Of a stretch of 64,000 nt of DNA, positions 38,122 through 48,800 are shown piece by piece. Position numbers and translations under genes: made by a program. Origin of the DNA: Hemiscyllium ocellatum (taxonomy: Eukaryota); contig NC_083411.1 in assembly GCF_020745735.1 (NCBI RefSeq), forward strand, positions 87,778,328 through 87,842,327, read 5' to 3'. The notes beneath the pieces were generated by a model. It did not search any database. It saw only the letters and a program-made list of their open reading frames with translations, and was not told the origin of the DNA. How positions within the stretch are numbered: position 1 is the stretch's first letter; each line of letters opens with the position of its first letter.

Positions 38122-39325
38122 ATTGAAGAGTATGATAGGAACAATCCCAATTTTGCCAATCTATTCTTGCAAATGAAGTCTGTCATTAGTGGAATCATCC
38201 TTGAGAATCTTTTGTGAACAGATTTGAATGCCTTCAAATATTTCCTGAAATGTGTTTAAAATTTGTCACAGTTCTCCAGTTGAGGCCAAACCAATAATTT
38301 ACAAAGGATCCTCCATTATAAAGAAAATAGAAGCAGGAGTAGGCCATTTGGCCCCGTGAAACTGCTCCACCATTCAACACAGTCACCCTTTGATGCCTAA
38401 GAGCTGTATCTAACACCTTGAAAACATTCAATGTTTTAGCCTTAACCACTTTTTGTAGCAGAGAATTCCACAGGCCCACAATTCTCTAGCTGAAGAAATT
38501 TCTCAATCCTAACTGTCCCATCCCTAACTTACTTGCTTTTGTACTCTGTGTCTCCAGTTATGAAGCCCAGGATCATGTATGTCTTATAAACTACTTTTTC
38601 ACCTGGTTCTGCTGCGTTCAACATTTTGTGTACATATGTTTCCAGTTTTTTTGCTCTTACACCCTTAAAAGCTCACACTGTGTTTGACCAAAATCAATAT
38701 ATAGTCCCACTTTCATTTTTGCTAACATTTAATGATTGAAGTAATATATTTCTATTTATTAGATCTTAATACAGTGAAAGTGAACTAGACAATGAGTGAC
38801 AACATTCTGGCAGAATATGACCATGATTAAATAGAATTCAGAATTACATAAAATCAATCTATAAATAGATAATTAACAAAAAAAAAATCAGTCAATAGAA
38901 TTCTGATATTTTAGTACATTATGATGGTTTGTAATGATTGCGATTACTGCACTTACTGCATCCCTGACTACCTTTTATAAATAACCAACTAAATAGTTGA
39001 AATACCACACACAGAGTCTACTTCCATTCTATTTCAAAACTATATTCACATTCTAGGATTAAATAACTGGCAGTTTACCAAAAATATAGTTGATATCCAG
39101 ACAATCATCAAGTATAAATTTAGAATACATTATTTAATTCAATTTTTGTGCCATTCTGTACACTTCAGATTTCACATTTGACTGGGAGGAGATTTAAAGA
39201 CATTGCTGTGCTCATTATATCATCATTCCAAATTCTCATGGTTTGTTGTGATGTAACTCATAATCGAAGTCTGGTGCAATATTTTGGCAATCTTTGGAAG
39301 TGATATATGACTAAAGGATTTATAT

Positions 39326-39474
39326 TCACTGACAATTAGTGGATATCTGTAAGCTTTTCTTTTCCTCTTCTTTCAAAAACCCTGAACAGCAAACAGATGT
39401 CTTTGCATATATCTTACAGCACTTGTGCATTTCTTCAATTGCATGCTGGCATCTGCTTTCTTGATAATGATTAG
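39326..39474 (-). CDS. CMC4: CMC4 last coding exon
   Basis: ctttacag|CT AAT CAT...CAG TGA; minus-strand AATAAA at 38755-38760. Confidence 0.93.
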
Positions 39475-40843
39475 CTGTAAAGGACACATGAGAAATGAGG
39501 AATCATCCAAAGACCATAGATGTCATTCCAGTTCAGCTTTCATACAGGAACATCTGCCATTGATCCAAGCTGGTCCTTTTTGGCAGCACAGAATGGAAAG
39601 GAATAACCACTTTCCTCTAGGATTTAATTTTTCAAATACTATTAATGAACTGAACTATGTGATGGAGGTGAAAAGTGTTCTCTTAGTCCATTCTTATGAA
39701 ATTACTGACTTCAGGTTTTAGAAGTGTAAGTGGCCAGTCTCGATACTATGTGACAGGCTGCTGCCATGATTTGGAGGNNNNNNNNNNNNNNNNNNNNNNN
39801 NNNNNNNNNNNNNNNNNNNNNNNNNNNNNNNNNNNNNNNNNNNNNNNNNNNNNNNNNNNNNNNNNNNNNNNNNNNNNNNNNNNNNNNNNNNNNNNNNNNN
39901 NNNNNNNNNNNNNNNNAGGAATATTCAGATAAAATCCTAGAAAACATGACATTTAGCTATTCACATCAGCAACTCCAAATATTCACATTAGCAACTTCTT
40001 TTTTTCAAAAACAGAAAATTATATTGTTAAGTATAAAAGTATGTTATGCTGTTAACCTTTTTGGAAGCTGACAGTCAACTTTTTTGCTTCTTTTTTTTAA
40101 TGAAGGTAATTGCAAAAAAGATATAGTTCAGAGTTGCTAGACAAGTATCTGGAATTGAGAGTGTGGTGCTGGAAAAGCACAGCAGGTCAGACTGCATCCA
40201 AGAAGCAGGAGAACTGATGTTTCGGGCAGGAGCCTTCATCAGGATCATGATTCCTGATAAAGGGCTCTTGCCCGAAATGTCAATTCTCCTGCTCCTCGGA
40301 TGTTGCCTGACTGGATGTGCATTTCCAGTACCACACTCTCGACTGATCTCCAGCATCTGCAGTCCTCAATTTCTCCTAATATCTAGAATTGGTGGGTTAA
40401 CTTATGAGGAAGGGTTGGACAAGCTAAACCGGCATTTGTATTTTTAGATATTGAAGGTGTCGAGGGGTATGAAGAGAAAGTGGGAATAAGGCAATGAGAT
40501 AAAGGATCAACCATGAACATAACAAATGGCAGAGCAGGTTCAAATGGCCAAATAACTGTTTCTTGTTTCTATGTATGTATGTATGTATGTATGTATGTAT
40601 GTATTGTAATAACAAAATGTCAAACACCATATGAAGCTGTTCAATAATATTACAAATAAATTTGCATGACTTTAGTGTCTCAATAAAATTTAACTAATTT
40701 GGGATAAATGATAAAGGGCGAATGATGAGTATCAGACACTTCAAACTAAGCACACTGAAGGAGAAAATGAAAACTTAAATTTCACCTTGTAAGCACTTCT
40801 GTATTTCACAGGCTTGTTTCTGACAGGGGTCTTTAGTAGACAT
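39326..40843 (-). CDS. CMC4: Cx9C motif-containing protein 4 (68 aa)
   Basis: complement(join(39326..39474,40786..40843)); MSTKDPCQKQACEIQKCLQANHYQESRCQHAIEEMHKCCKIYAKTSVCCSGFLKEEEKKSLQISTNCQ*. Matches the recalled human CMC4 start (MPQKDPCQKQACEIQKCLQAN...). An acceptor lies 10 nt upstream of the ATG (exon starts 40853), which implies a non-coding exon 1. Confidence 0.93.
39778..39916. other. Assembly gap (139 N)
   Basis: Run of N inside the CMC4 intron. Confidence 1.
40158..40379 (+). mobile_element. PLE-derived fold-back insertion
   Basis: Inverted arms centred on ATCATGAT (about 40244-40251) with two decayed hammerheads; TSD TATCT(G/A)GAATTG at 40146-40157 and 40380-40391. Confidence 0.8.
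40570..40603. repeat. (TATG)n microsatellite
   Basis: About 8 perfect units. Confidence 0.95.
40786..40843 (-). CDS. CMC4: CMC4 first coding exon
   Basis: ttttcag|gtgctttgctATG TCT ACT AAA GAC CCC TGT...CAA G|gtgaaa. Confidence 0.93.
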
Positions 40844-42369
40844 AGCAAAGCACCTGAAAAAGAAATTGGTAGATTGGCATTTTTGTTTGCACTTTTACAC
40901 AGTTCTTTCAATGGCTAAATGTAAAATAAAAGACATGGGATACAATAACTATATAAGAGATGAGAAGAAATTAGTTTATTTCCATTCTAACTGTTCAATG
41001 TCACAAGGTTGTCAGCACTGAAGCCAGATTTCTTGTTTACACTATAAACAACAGAGTTTCATGTAACAGTTGTTTCAGTAATTTCCATTTTCTATTTAAA
41101 AAGGAACTAAGTGCGTTTATACTGCAACTTCTCAGTGTCTGTTTCAGTCATGTGGAAGCCTTTACATCATTTCAGAAGTGAAACATGAATTGATTCTGAA
41201 ATTACATGGGAAGAATAGGCACTTTGACGCTATATGGGAGTAGAACTCTAGAGTCAAAGCTGTGGGGCATTTTTAAAAAGTTATCTGCAGTTAATTTAAA
41301 TACTTTAACTAGTACTGACAAAGTGGGAACAAACATGCTGAGCAGTGTAAACAGAACTGCTAATTATAACCTTACATTTTCAAGCTGGGAAAACTTTTTT
41401 GAAATATAGAGATACCGTGTTGGACTGGGGTGCACAAAGTTAAAAGTCAGACAATCTATTCCTGAGATGCTGCCTAACCTGCTGTGCTTTGACCAGCAAC
41501 ACATTTGCAACACTTATAGTTCAACAGGTTTAATTGGAAGCACTAGATGTCAGAGCGCTGCTGCTTCATTAGGTAGTTGTGGAGTATAAGTTCCTTGTGT
41601 TGTGTGATTTTTAACTTCTTTTTGAGAGCTTGTCTAAAAAATTTGAAGACATTCTAAACATGCAAATGTATCCCAAATTTATTTCTTAAAATACTTGTAT
41701 GAGTCATGTGCCGATTCAGACATCAATTCTTCAAACATTGAAAAAAATTCAGATACAAAAATATTAAATCCTAAATAGTGACCTTTTCCCTGCTCGCCAT
41801 TAGTTTTGAATGTACCAAAAAGTTTCAACTCTGTCTTGAATGCAGTTTCCAAGAACAAGCAAGGATATCTATAATAGGCCTGAATTCTCAATGTTTTGTC
41901 AATCCCTTCCATCTATGAAATTCTACTCCTAAAACATTTGGTTTAAAGATACCCATTTTGCTGCATCCTACAGGCTGCAGATCAGCAATAATCAAGAGGA
42001 GTACTTTGTTTCTGTTTCATTAGTAAGGGGAGGAGGAGGGACTTATTTAGACGCAGCTTCCTGAAAGCTCAAGGGACAAACTTAATCCGTCCTTTTCAGG
42101 AATCTGACCAAAGTGCTGTAACACTAACTATAATAACAATAACCATGTGGGTGTACTTTCTCATCCAACTGACCTGTCTGGCCTCAGGCCTGTAACTGCT
42201 GTGGAGAGCCAGTGTCACCTCATAAATTGCTCGTGTTCAGCCCCCAAGTGAAAATCAAATATCAACATCTTTTCGGCCTGGCGCTGTTACAATCGGTGTG
42301 CACAATGCCAACTCCCTCTGCCTCAAATTTTAAACTGGCGTTGATCACTCGTGATTTTATTTCTCTCTA

Positions 42370-42800
42370 TCTATCTCCCCCCCACGTTAACTCGGGGGGG
42401 GGAGGGAATGTTCCCGGAACCGAGTTGCGAGGCTCGCGCTTGCCGCCCGGCGCCGGTTGTCGGGTCGGTCCCCTCCCCCGTGTTTGTCGGGAAAGGGGGG
42501 GGGGAGAGGATCCGGTTCGGTTTAAAGCGAGCTGAGGGTTTGCCTTCCCCCCGAGCGTTGGGCGGACGATGGCGGTGTGCGGGGTTCACCTGGACTCGGA
42601 TGCGTTCCTCGTGTGTTTAAACCACGCCTTGTCCACCGAGAAGGAGGAGGTGATGGGACTGTGTATCGGAGAGGTACCCACTCGAACCTTCCCTTAGCAA
42701 CCGGGCGGGAGACTGTCACCCTGACAACCCGCCCCCCCCCCTTAGCAACGGGCTGGGCATCGTTACCCCCGGCAACCAGGTCTCAGCATCCCCCCCCTGA
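42370..42800. promoter_or_regulatory. CpG-island bidirectional promoter shared by CMC4 (-) and BRCC3 (+)
   Basis: The strongest CpG/GC-rich island in the window, between divergent genes; a candidate donor for CMC4 non-coding exon 1 lies on the minus strand at 42218 (AG|GTGACA). Confidence 0.75.
42569..42673 (+). CDS. BRCC3: BRCC3 exon 1
   Basis: MAVCGVHLDSDAFLVCLNHALSTEKEEVMGLCIGE|gtaccc. Confidence 0.95.
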
Positions 42801-45800
42801 TGAGGAAGCCTCAGCTTCTGTTTCTCTGAATTGGTGCACTGCCTCAGGATTCGGGTCTGGGTCTGTCAATCCTATCACCAGCACAGGCCCAGCTGGTACT
42901 GTCTGCTGTTCCACTGGAACTAACTCATCACTTCTGCAAGGCGATGCTCTCTACAAGCTGCTGGAGCGCAGCAAAGGTCCCTTTGCCTTAACACTTTAAC
43001 TCTCCCTCCCACTCCACCGAGGACATGCAGGTCCTTGGACTCCTCCACCGGCAAAACATAACAACACGACGGTTGGAGGAAGAACGCCTCATCTTCCGCC
43101 TGGGAACTCTCCAACCACAAGGGATGAACTCAGATTTCTCCAGTTTCCTCATTTCCCCTCCCCCCACCTCGTCTCAGTCGGTTCCCTCAACTCAGCACTG
43201 CCCTCCTAACCTGCAATCTTCTTCCTGACCTCTCCGCCCCCACCCCACTCCGGCCTATCACCCTCACCTTGACCTCCTTCCACCTATCACATCTCCATCG
43301 CCCCTCCCCCAAGTCCCTCCTCCCTACCTTTTATCTTAGCATGCCTGGCACCCTCTCCTTATTCCTGATGAAGGGCTTGTGCCCGAAACGTCGAATTTCC
43401 TATTCCTTGGATGCTGCCTGACCTTCTGTGCTTTAACCAGCAACACATTTTCAACTGTGATCTCCAGCATCTGCAGACCTCACTTTTTATCCCTTTGCCT
43501 TACCCCTTCCTTTGCTGGGGCGTTGACAGAACTCATCAAATTAGTCCTGTCCAGTTAATGTGCACGGATTACTCACTGGGCCGATTGTTCTCTCAATAGA
43601 GCAAATCTCAAAATTCGATATAAATCCAATCCCTGCAGAATTATTGCTTCAGTTCCAATAGGGTACCCGAGCATGAAGATAGGATTTTATTAGTGTTACT
43701 TTCAGGAAATGTTGGTATACAGTGTATGGGTTATCTGAATGTGCCAAGTGCAGGTTGCTTTGGAAGACAAAGTATCATTGAATCTATGCATCCCCCAGCT
43801 CTGCACCACTTGGGTTTTGTTTACATCATGCTATGAAGTAATTCACAGAGTTGCTACAGTGCAGAAGGATGATTTAACCCACTGTGACAGTGCTGGGTCT
43901 CCAGTGGAACAATTTTATGAGCCCCAAATCCCACCTTCTTTTCATGGTCCAGCAATAATTTCAGAATTGTATCCATCATTTTATATTGTCTCTTTGACTT
44001 CTTCCTACCACACTGAATGACATCAGAGTCCTTTGCATGAAATGTCATTGTTTGCCTATACCATCAACCTACTTGTTTTGTCCTGTTGAAGTTCTATAAT
44101 CTCCTCACAAATGTTCAAGTTTTGTATCATCAACAAATTTTTAAATCACTTAACATCAACTCCTGGAGAACTCCAGGTTCCTCCCACAGTCCAAAGGTGT
44201 GTAGATTAGGTGGGTTGGCCATGCTCAATTGCTCATTATGTCTACGTATGTGTAGGTGAGCTATGGGAAATGCAAGGTTACAGGGATAGGGTAAGAGGAT
44301 GAGTCAGTTGGGATGCTCTTGGAGAGTTGGTGAGGACTTGTTGGGCTGACTGGCCTGATTCCATGATGTTGGGGTTCTATGAAACTCTGCCTCTAAACCT
44401 TTCTCCAGTTTGAAAATCATCCATGAACCAATACTGTTTGTTTCAAATTACTCTGCATCTATGTTGTTACTGACCCTTTCATATTGTGAGTTAATTGACA
44501 ACATCACAACATCATTAATGACTGTCAGAAATAATGTACAAATAAAATACAATAGGCTGCCAACTCCAAACGTGTAATCCAAAGTAACCCCTGAATAATT
44601 CAGAAGAAATTTCTTCATATACCTCAAGGCATATTGAAGCAAATAGCGTAGATCTTCAGTATTATAGTTCCAGCAAATATTTTGTCTCGCATTACTTCCA
44701 GCAAACGGATTTGAGCTACCATTATTTCAACAACATGTCAGGGTGTGTTTTTTCCTCACTACTGACTGAACTCAACAAATGAGTAACTCACTGCAGAAAC
44801 TAGCTGTTAGCCATCATTGTTCATAACTGAGAGAAGGGAGAACAAGCTCAGTCACCTAATAGCCACCACACTGTTCTCTTCTTTGCTTCTTGAATCACCT
44901 GGAATGACTCAGCTTTTCCTTGGTAGTTTGCAATTTTGTACTTGTGTTGATAGCTTCATGTTTTGACAGCATTCAGATATTTCACAAGAAAATATAGAGC
45001 TGACTGTGAAAACTGTGTCTTTTAAAGATGAGAAATGGATTCTCAGTTATTTGTTGCAGTACAGCAGTAAATGAGTTCCGGTGTTAATGACAAAAAAAAA
45101 CAGTTTAGGATTAGGGTTGGTTGGAGGTTGTTGGAAGAAGAAGAAAATTAATGAGTGTTTTTATTTTTTTTAGGTTGCATTAGCAATTCTATTCATATTT
45201 AGGCTCCAAGACAGTTGCTCATCAGTTTTTAAAACAAAAACTAATTAAGTTGGTTAAAGCACAATGGTTTCTGGAGACACACCAAAATGCCTTCCATCTG
45301 ATAATGTTTCTATTAAATTTTTTTTAGTAAGGTGAATCGTGTTATCAGCAGGGAAACTGAACACTTTCCATTTTGCTATTCAGTGTCAGCATTTTGTGAT
45401 AGAACATGTATAAAATGCATGTGATACAGAGGTCTCTCTATCCTGCAATTAATTGACCTCTATATACCTCGTACTGTATTGCCCCACTCTAATTTTTTTA
45501 TTTCCATATTGGTCTCCTTTTGAGTATTGCTGAGCAAGGACGTTGTGTTGGAGCATTTCATCTTGTACTCATCAGGGCATTTTACAAGAAGGATCAAAGT
45601 AAAGGGAAATCAACATTTATATCGTATAAATGTAGAGTACTGTTTGGTTGACAAATTGCCTCTGGTAGAGACACTGCCTTGGAGAGGGCACCTATTAATG
45701 ATTGAACATAATTGCCAAGCTTTGTTTAAATGTTTAGACCCGGAAGGTTAACTTGGATTAATCAACGCATTATCCTGAGAAATAAACAAGGGAATGGCAG

Positions 45801-48800
45801 TCACCTATTTTGTTGATTTGATCCTTACAGTTCACTGCAAACACACATTTATGGCCTGCTTAGGACCTCAGGTGATATCCATTTATGCCCGACCTTAATG
45901 CAATTTCCTTGTATGTCCTCATAAGCTCTAGTGTAGTTACTGCAGTTAACTCCCAAGATGATTTCTCTGATTGGAAGAGAAGTTACCAGAGTGCTCTAGC
46001 CAGCTAATCAGCCACTTCCTCAAATTCCATTTAAATATTGTCCTGGTGAGTACAAGATGAAAAGCTTCAGCAACATTTTTTTTCAACAATACACAACTTT
46101 TGTACTACCAAACAGTTATACTCTGTTTGATGCTCACTTTAAAGACCCACTAGAGTCAGTAAAGAGAGATATTCGTCTGTTCCCTCCAGCTGGATGTGAG
46201 AGTATAGAATCCTTACAGTGTGGAAGCAGGCCATTTGGCCCACTGAGTCCATAATGACTCTCCAAAGAGCATCCCACCTCAAACCCCTCCTCCATCTTGC
46301 ATTCCCCATGGCTAATCCACCTAACCTACACATTCTTGGACGAAGGGAGGAAACCAAAGCACCTGGAGGAAACCCATGCAGACAGGGAGAAAGTGTAAAC
46401 TCCACACAGGCATCTCCCTAGTGTGGAATTGAACCCATGTCCCTCACACTGTGAGGCAGAGTGCCAACCATTGAGCCACCATGTTGTCAGGCTCCAGGGA
46501 TAAAGGTTAATGACCTAATTCAGTATGCCATCAGTTCATTTTGACATTGTAGGAAGGAAATAAAGTCAATTAACCTCTCATTTTTTTTTAGGTTGACACA
46601 AGCAGAATTGTTCACATTCATTCTGTCATCATTCTTCGCCGTTCAGATAAGCGGAAGGATCGAGTGGAAATTTCTCCAGAGCAACTTTCTGCAGCATCAA
46701 CTGAAGCTGAGATATCCTTTCAGTTGAGATTTTTATTGAGATTGTATATGATTTCCATAAACTATCATGTTATTGTTAGCAAACAACTGCTGCATTAGTT
46801 ACAATTAGCAGATAATTGTTTCCATCTTTTATCAAGATGAGGCTTCCATGTATGGGAAAGTAAAGTGGATATTAAGTGGAGAGTAAAGCTCCCTCCCTCA
46901 TCAGCTTGTGATACAATTCCACTTAATAGCATGTGTCATTGTACCTGCTCGTGACAAAGCAGACAACTTCCACCCAAAAAAATCCATGGCTTCTGCACAA
47001 ATTCAATGCTAAAATGTCAAAGCTTCTAATGATCTAAATTTGCCCTTTCATGTAGGTTCACACATCCACAAGTACATTGTCCCTCATTTTCATTTCATAT
47101 AGTGCATTTTCATTATTTTATTACTCACCTCCATTATTGTTGTGATAATGCAGTGACTTGATTTTGGTGTTGACTCCTGTTGTTAAACTTTTTTTTCTGC
47201 ATCTATTCTGCTGAATTTCAGACTATCAGAATCAAAAGTCTGGACAAGGAAGATTGTCATTTAAATATCCCAGTGCGGGAGAAACAGTGCAATAATGATT
47301 GTAGTCGCTGAAAATATGTTGTTTAAAAAAAATTGCAATAGTCTATACTTCAGAGATAGAAAGCTGGTGGTGAGTTTAACCAGAAGGTCACCATAACTCA
47401 GGCAGGACCTCCACCCATGGCAACCTCAGCTGATATGGGTATTGAAGCCACAGTGGCGTCACTCTGCATCGTCATTTGGCCATCCTGCCAACTGACACTG
47501 ATGTATAATCATACTGTTGAACTGAGAGTGATGTTGTTCATCAACATCACAAACACCTTCCACCCTGACCTTAAGTTCACTTGAACCATCGCGGACACCT
47601 CTCTTCCCTTCTGGGCCTCTCCGTTTCCCATCTCCGGCAACCAACTCAACACGGACACTTACTTCAAACCCACGAATTCCCACAGCTATCTGTAAAAAAA
47701 CCCTATCCTTTACTCCCAATTCCTCTGCCTCTGCTGTATCTGCTCCAAGGAGGAACAATTCCACTCCAGGACATCCCCGATGGCCTTCTATTTCAAGGAC
47801 TGCAATTTCCCCTCCTACATGATCAAGAATGCCTTTCAGCACATCTCCACTTCCTGCACTTCCGCCCTTGAACCCCAGCCGTCCAACCACAACAAGAATA
47901 GAAGCCTCCTGATCCTCACCTTCCACTCCACTAATCTCTGTATACAGATCATTACCCTCCACCATTTCCGCCACCTACAATCAGACCCCCCCAACCAGAG
48001 ATATATATTCCCTTCCCATCCCTGTCTGTGTTCTGCAGAGACCATTCCCTCCATGACTCCCTCATTAGATCCATGCTCTCCATCAACACACCTTCTGATC
48101 CTGGCGTCTTCCCTTGCCACTACAAGAGGTGTAAAACCTGCGTCCGTACATCCCCCTCACTTCCATCCAAGACCCCAAAGGATTTTTTCAGATCTGGCAG
48201 AGATTTTTTTGCACATCCAAACACCTCATCTACTGCGTCCGTTGCTCTCGATGTCTCTTCTACATTTCAGGGAACATCTCTGGGACATGCACCAAACAGC
48301 CCCAATGCCCTATGGCTGACCACTTCAACTTCCCCTCCCACTCCACCAAGGACATGCAAGATCCGGGCCTCCTCCGCCAAATCCAAGCCACTGACAACTA
48401 GATGAAGAACGCCTCATCTTCTGCCTGGACCTCCCAACCACACGGCATCAAAGTCAACTTCACTAGTTTCCTTATTTCCTGTTCCCCCACCTCATCCCAG
48501 ATCCAAGCCACCAACTTGGCACTGCCCTCTTGAACTGTCCTATCTATCCATCTTCCTTCCCACCTATTCCGTCCACCCTCCCCTCCGACCTATCACTGTC
48601 ACCCCCCACCTCCATCTACCTATCGCCTTCTCAGCTACCATCCCCCCCCCCCCCCCCCCCCCCAAGCCCCATTCATCTCTCAGCTACCCCCACGTTTCTG
48701 ATGAAGGGCTTATGCCTGAAATGTCAACTCTCCTGTTCCTCTGATGCTGCCTGACCTGCTGTGCTTTCCAGCGCCACACTTTTTGACTCTGATCTTCAGC

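Noticed and set aside
39696-40071. ORFs containing X runs
   Set aside because: Artefacts of the N gap
41679-41912. 77-aa minus ORF as possible MTCP1
   Set aside because: No resemblance to MTCP1/TCL1 and no convincing splice context
42212-42999. Several ORFs in the CpG island
   Set aside because: GC-rich, stop-poor sequence; the true coding part is BRCC3 exon 1 in another frame
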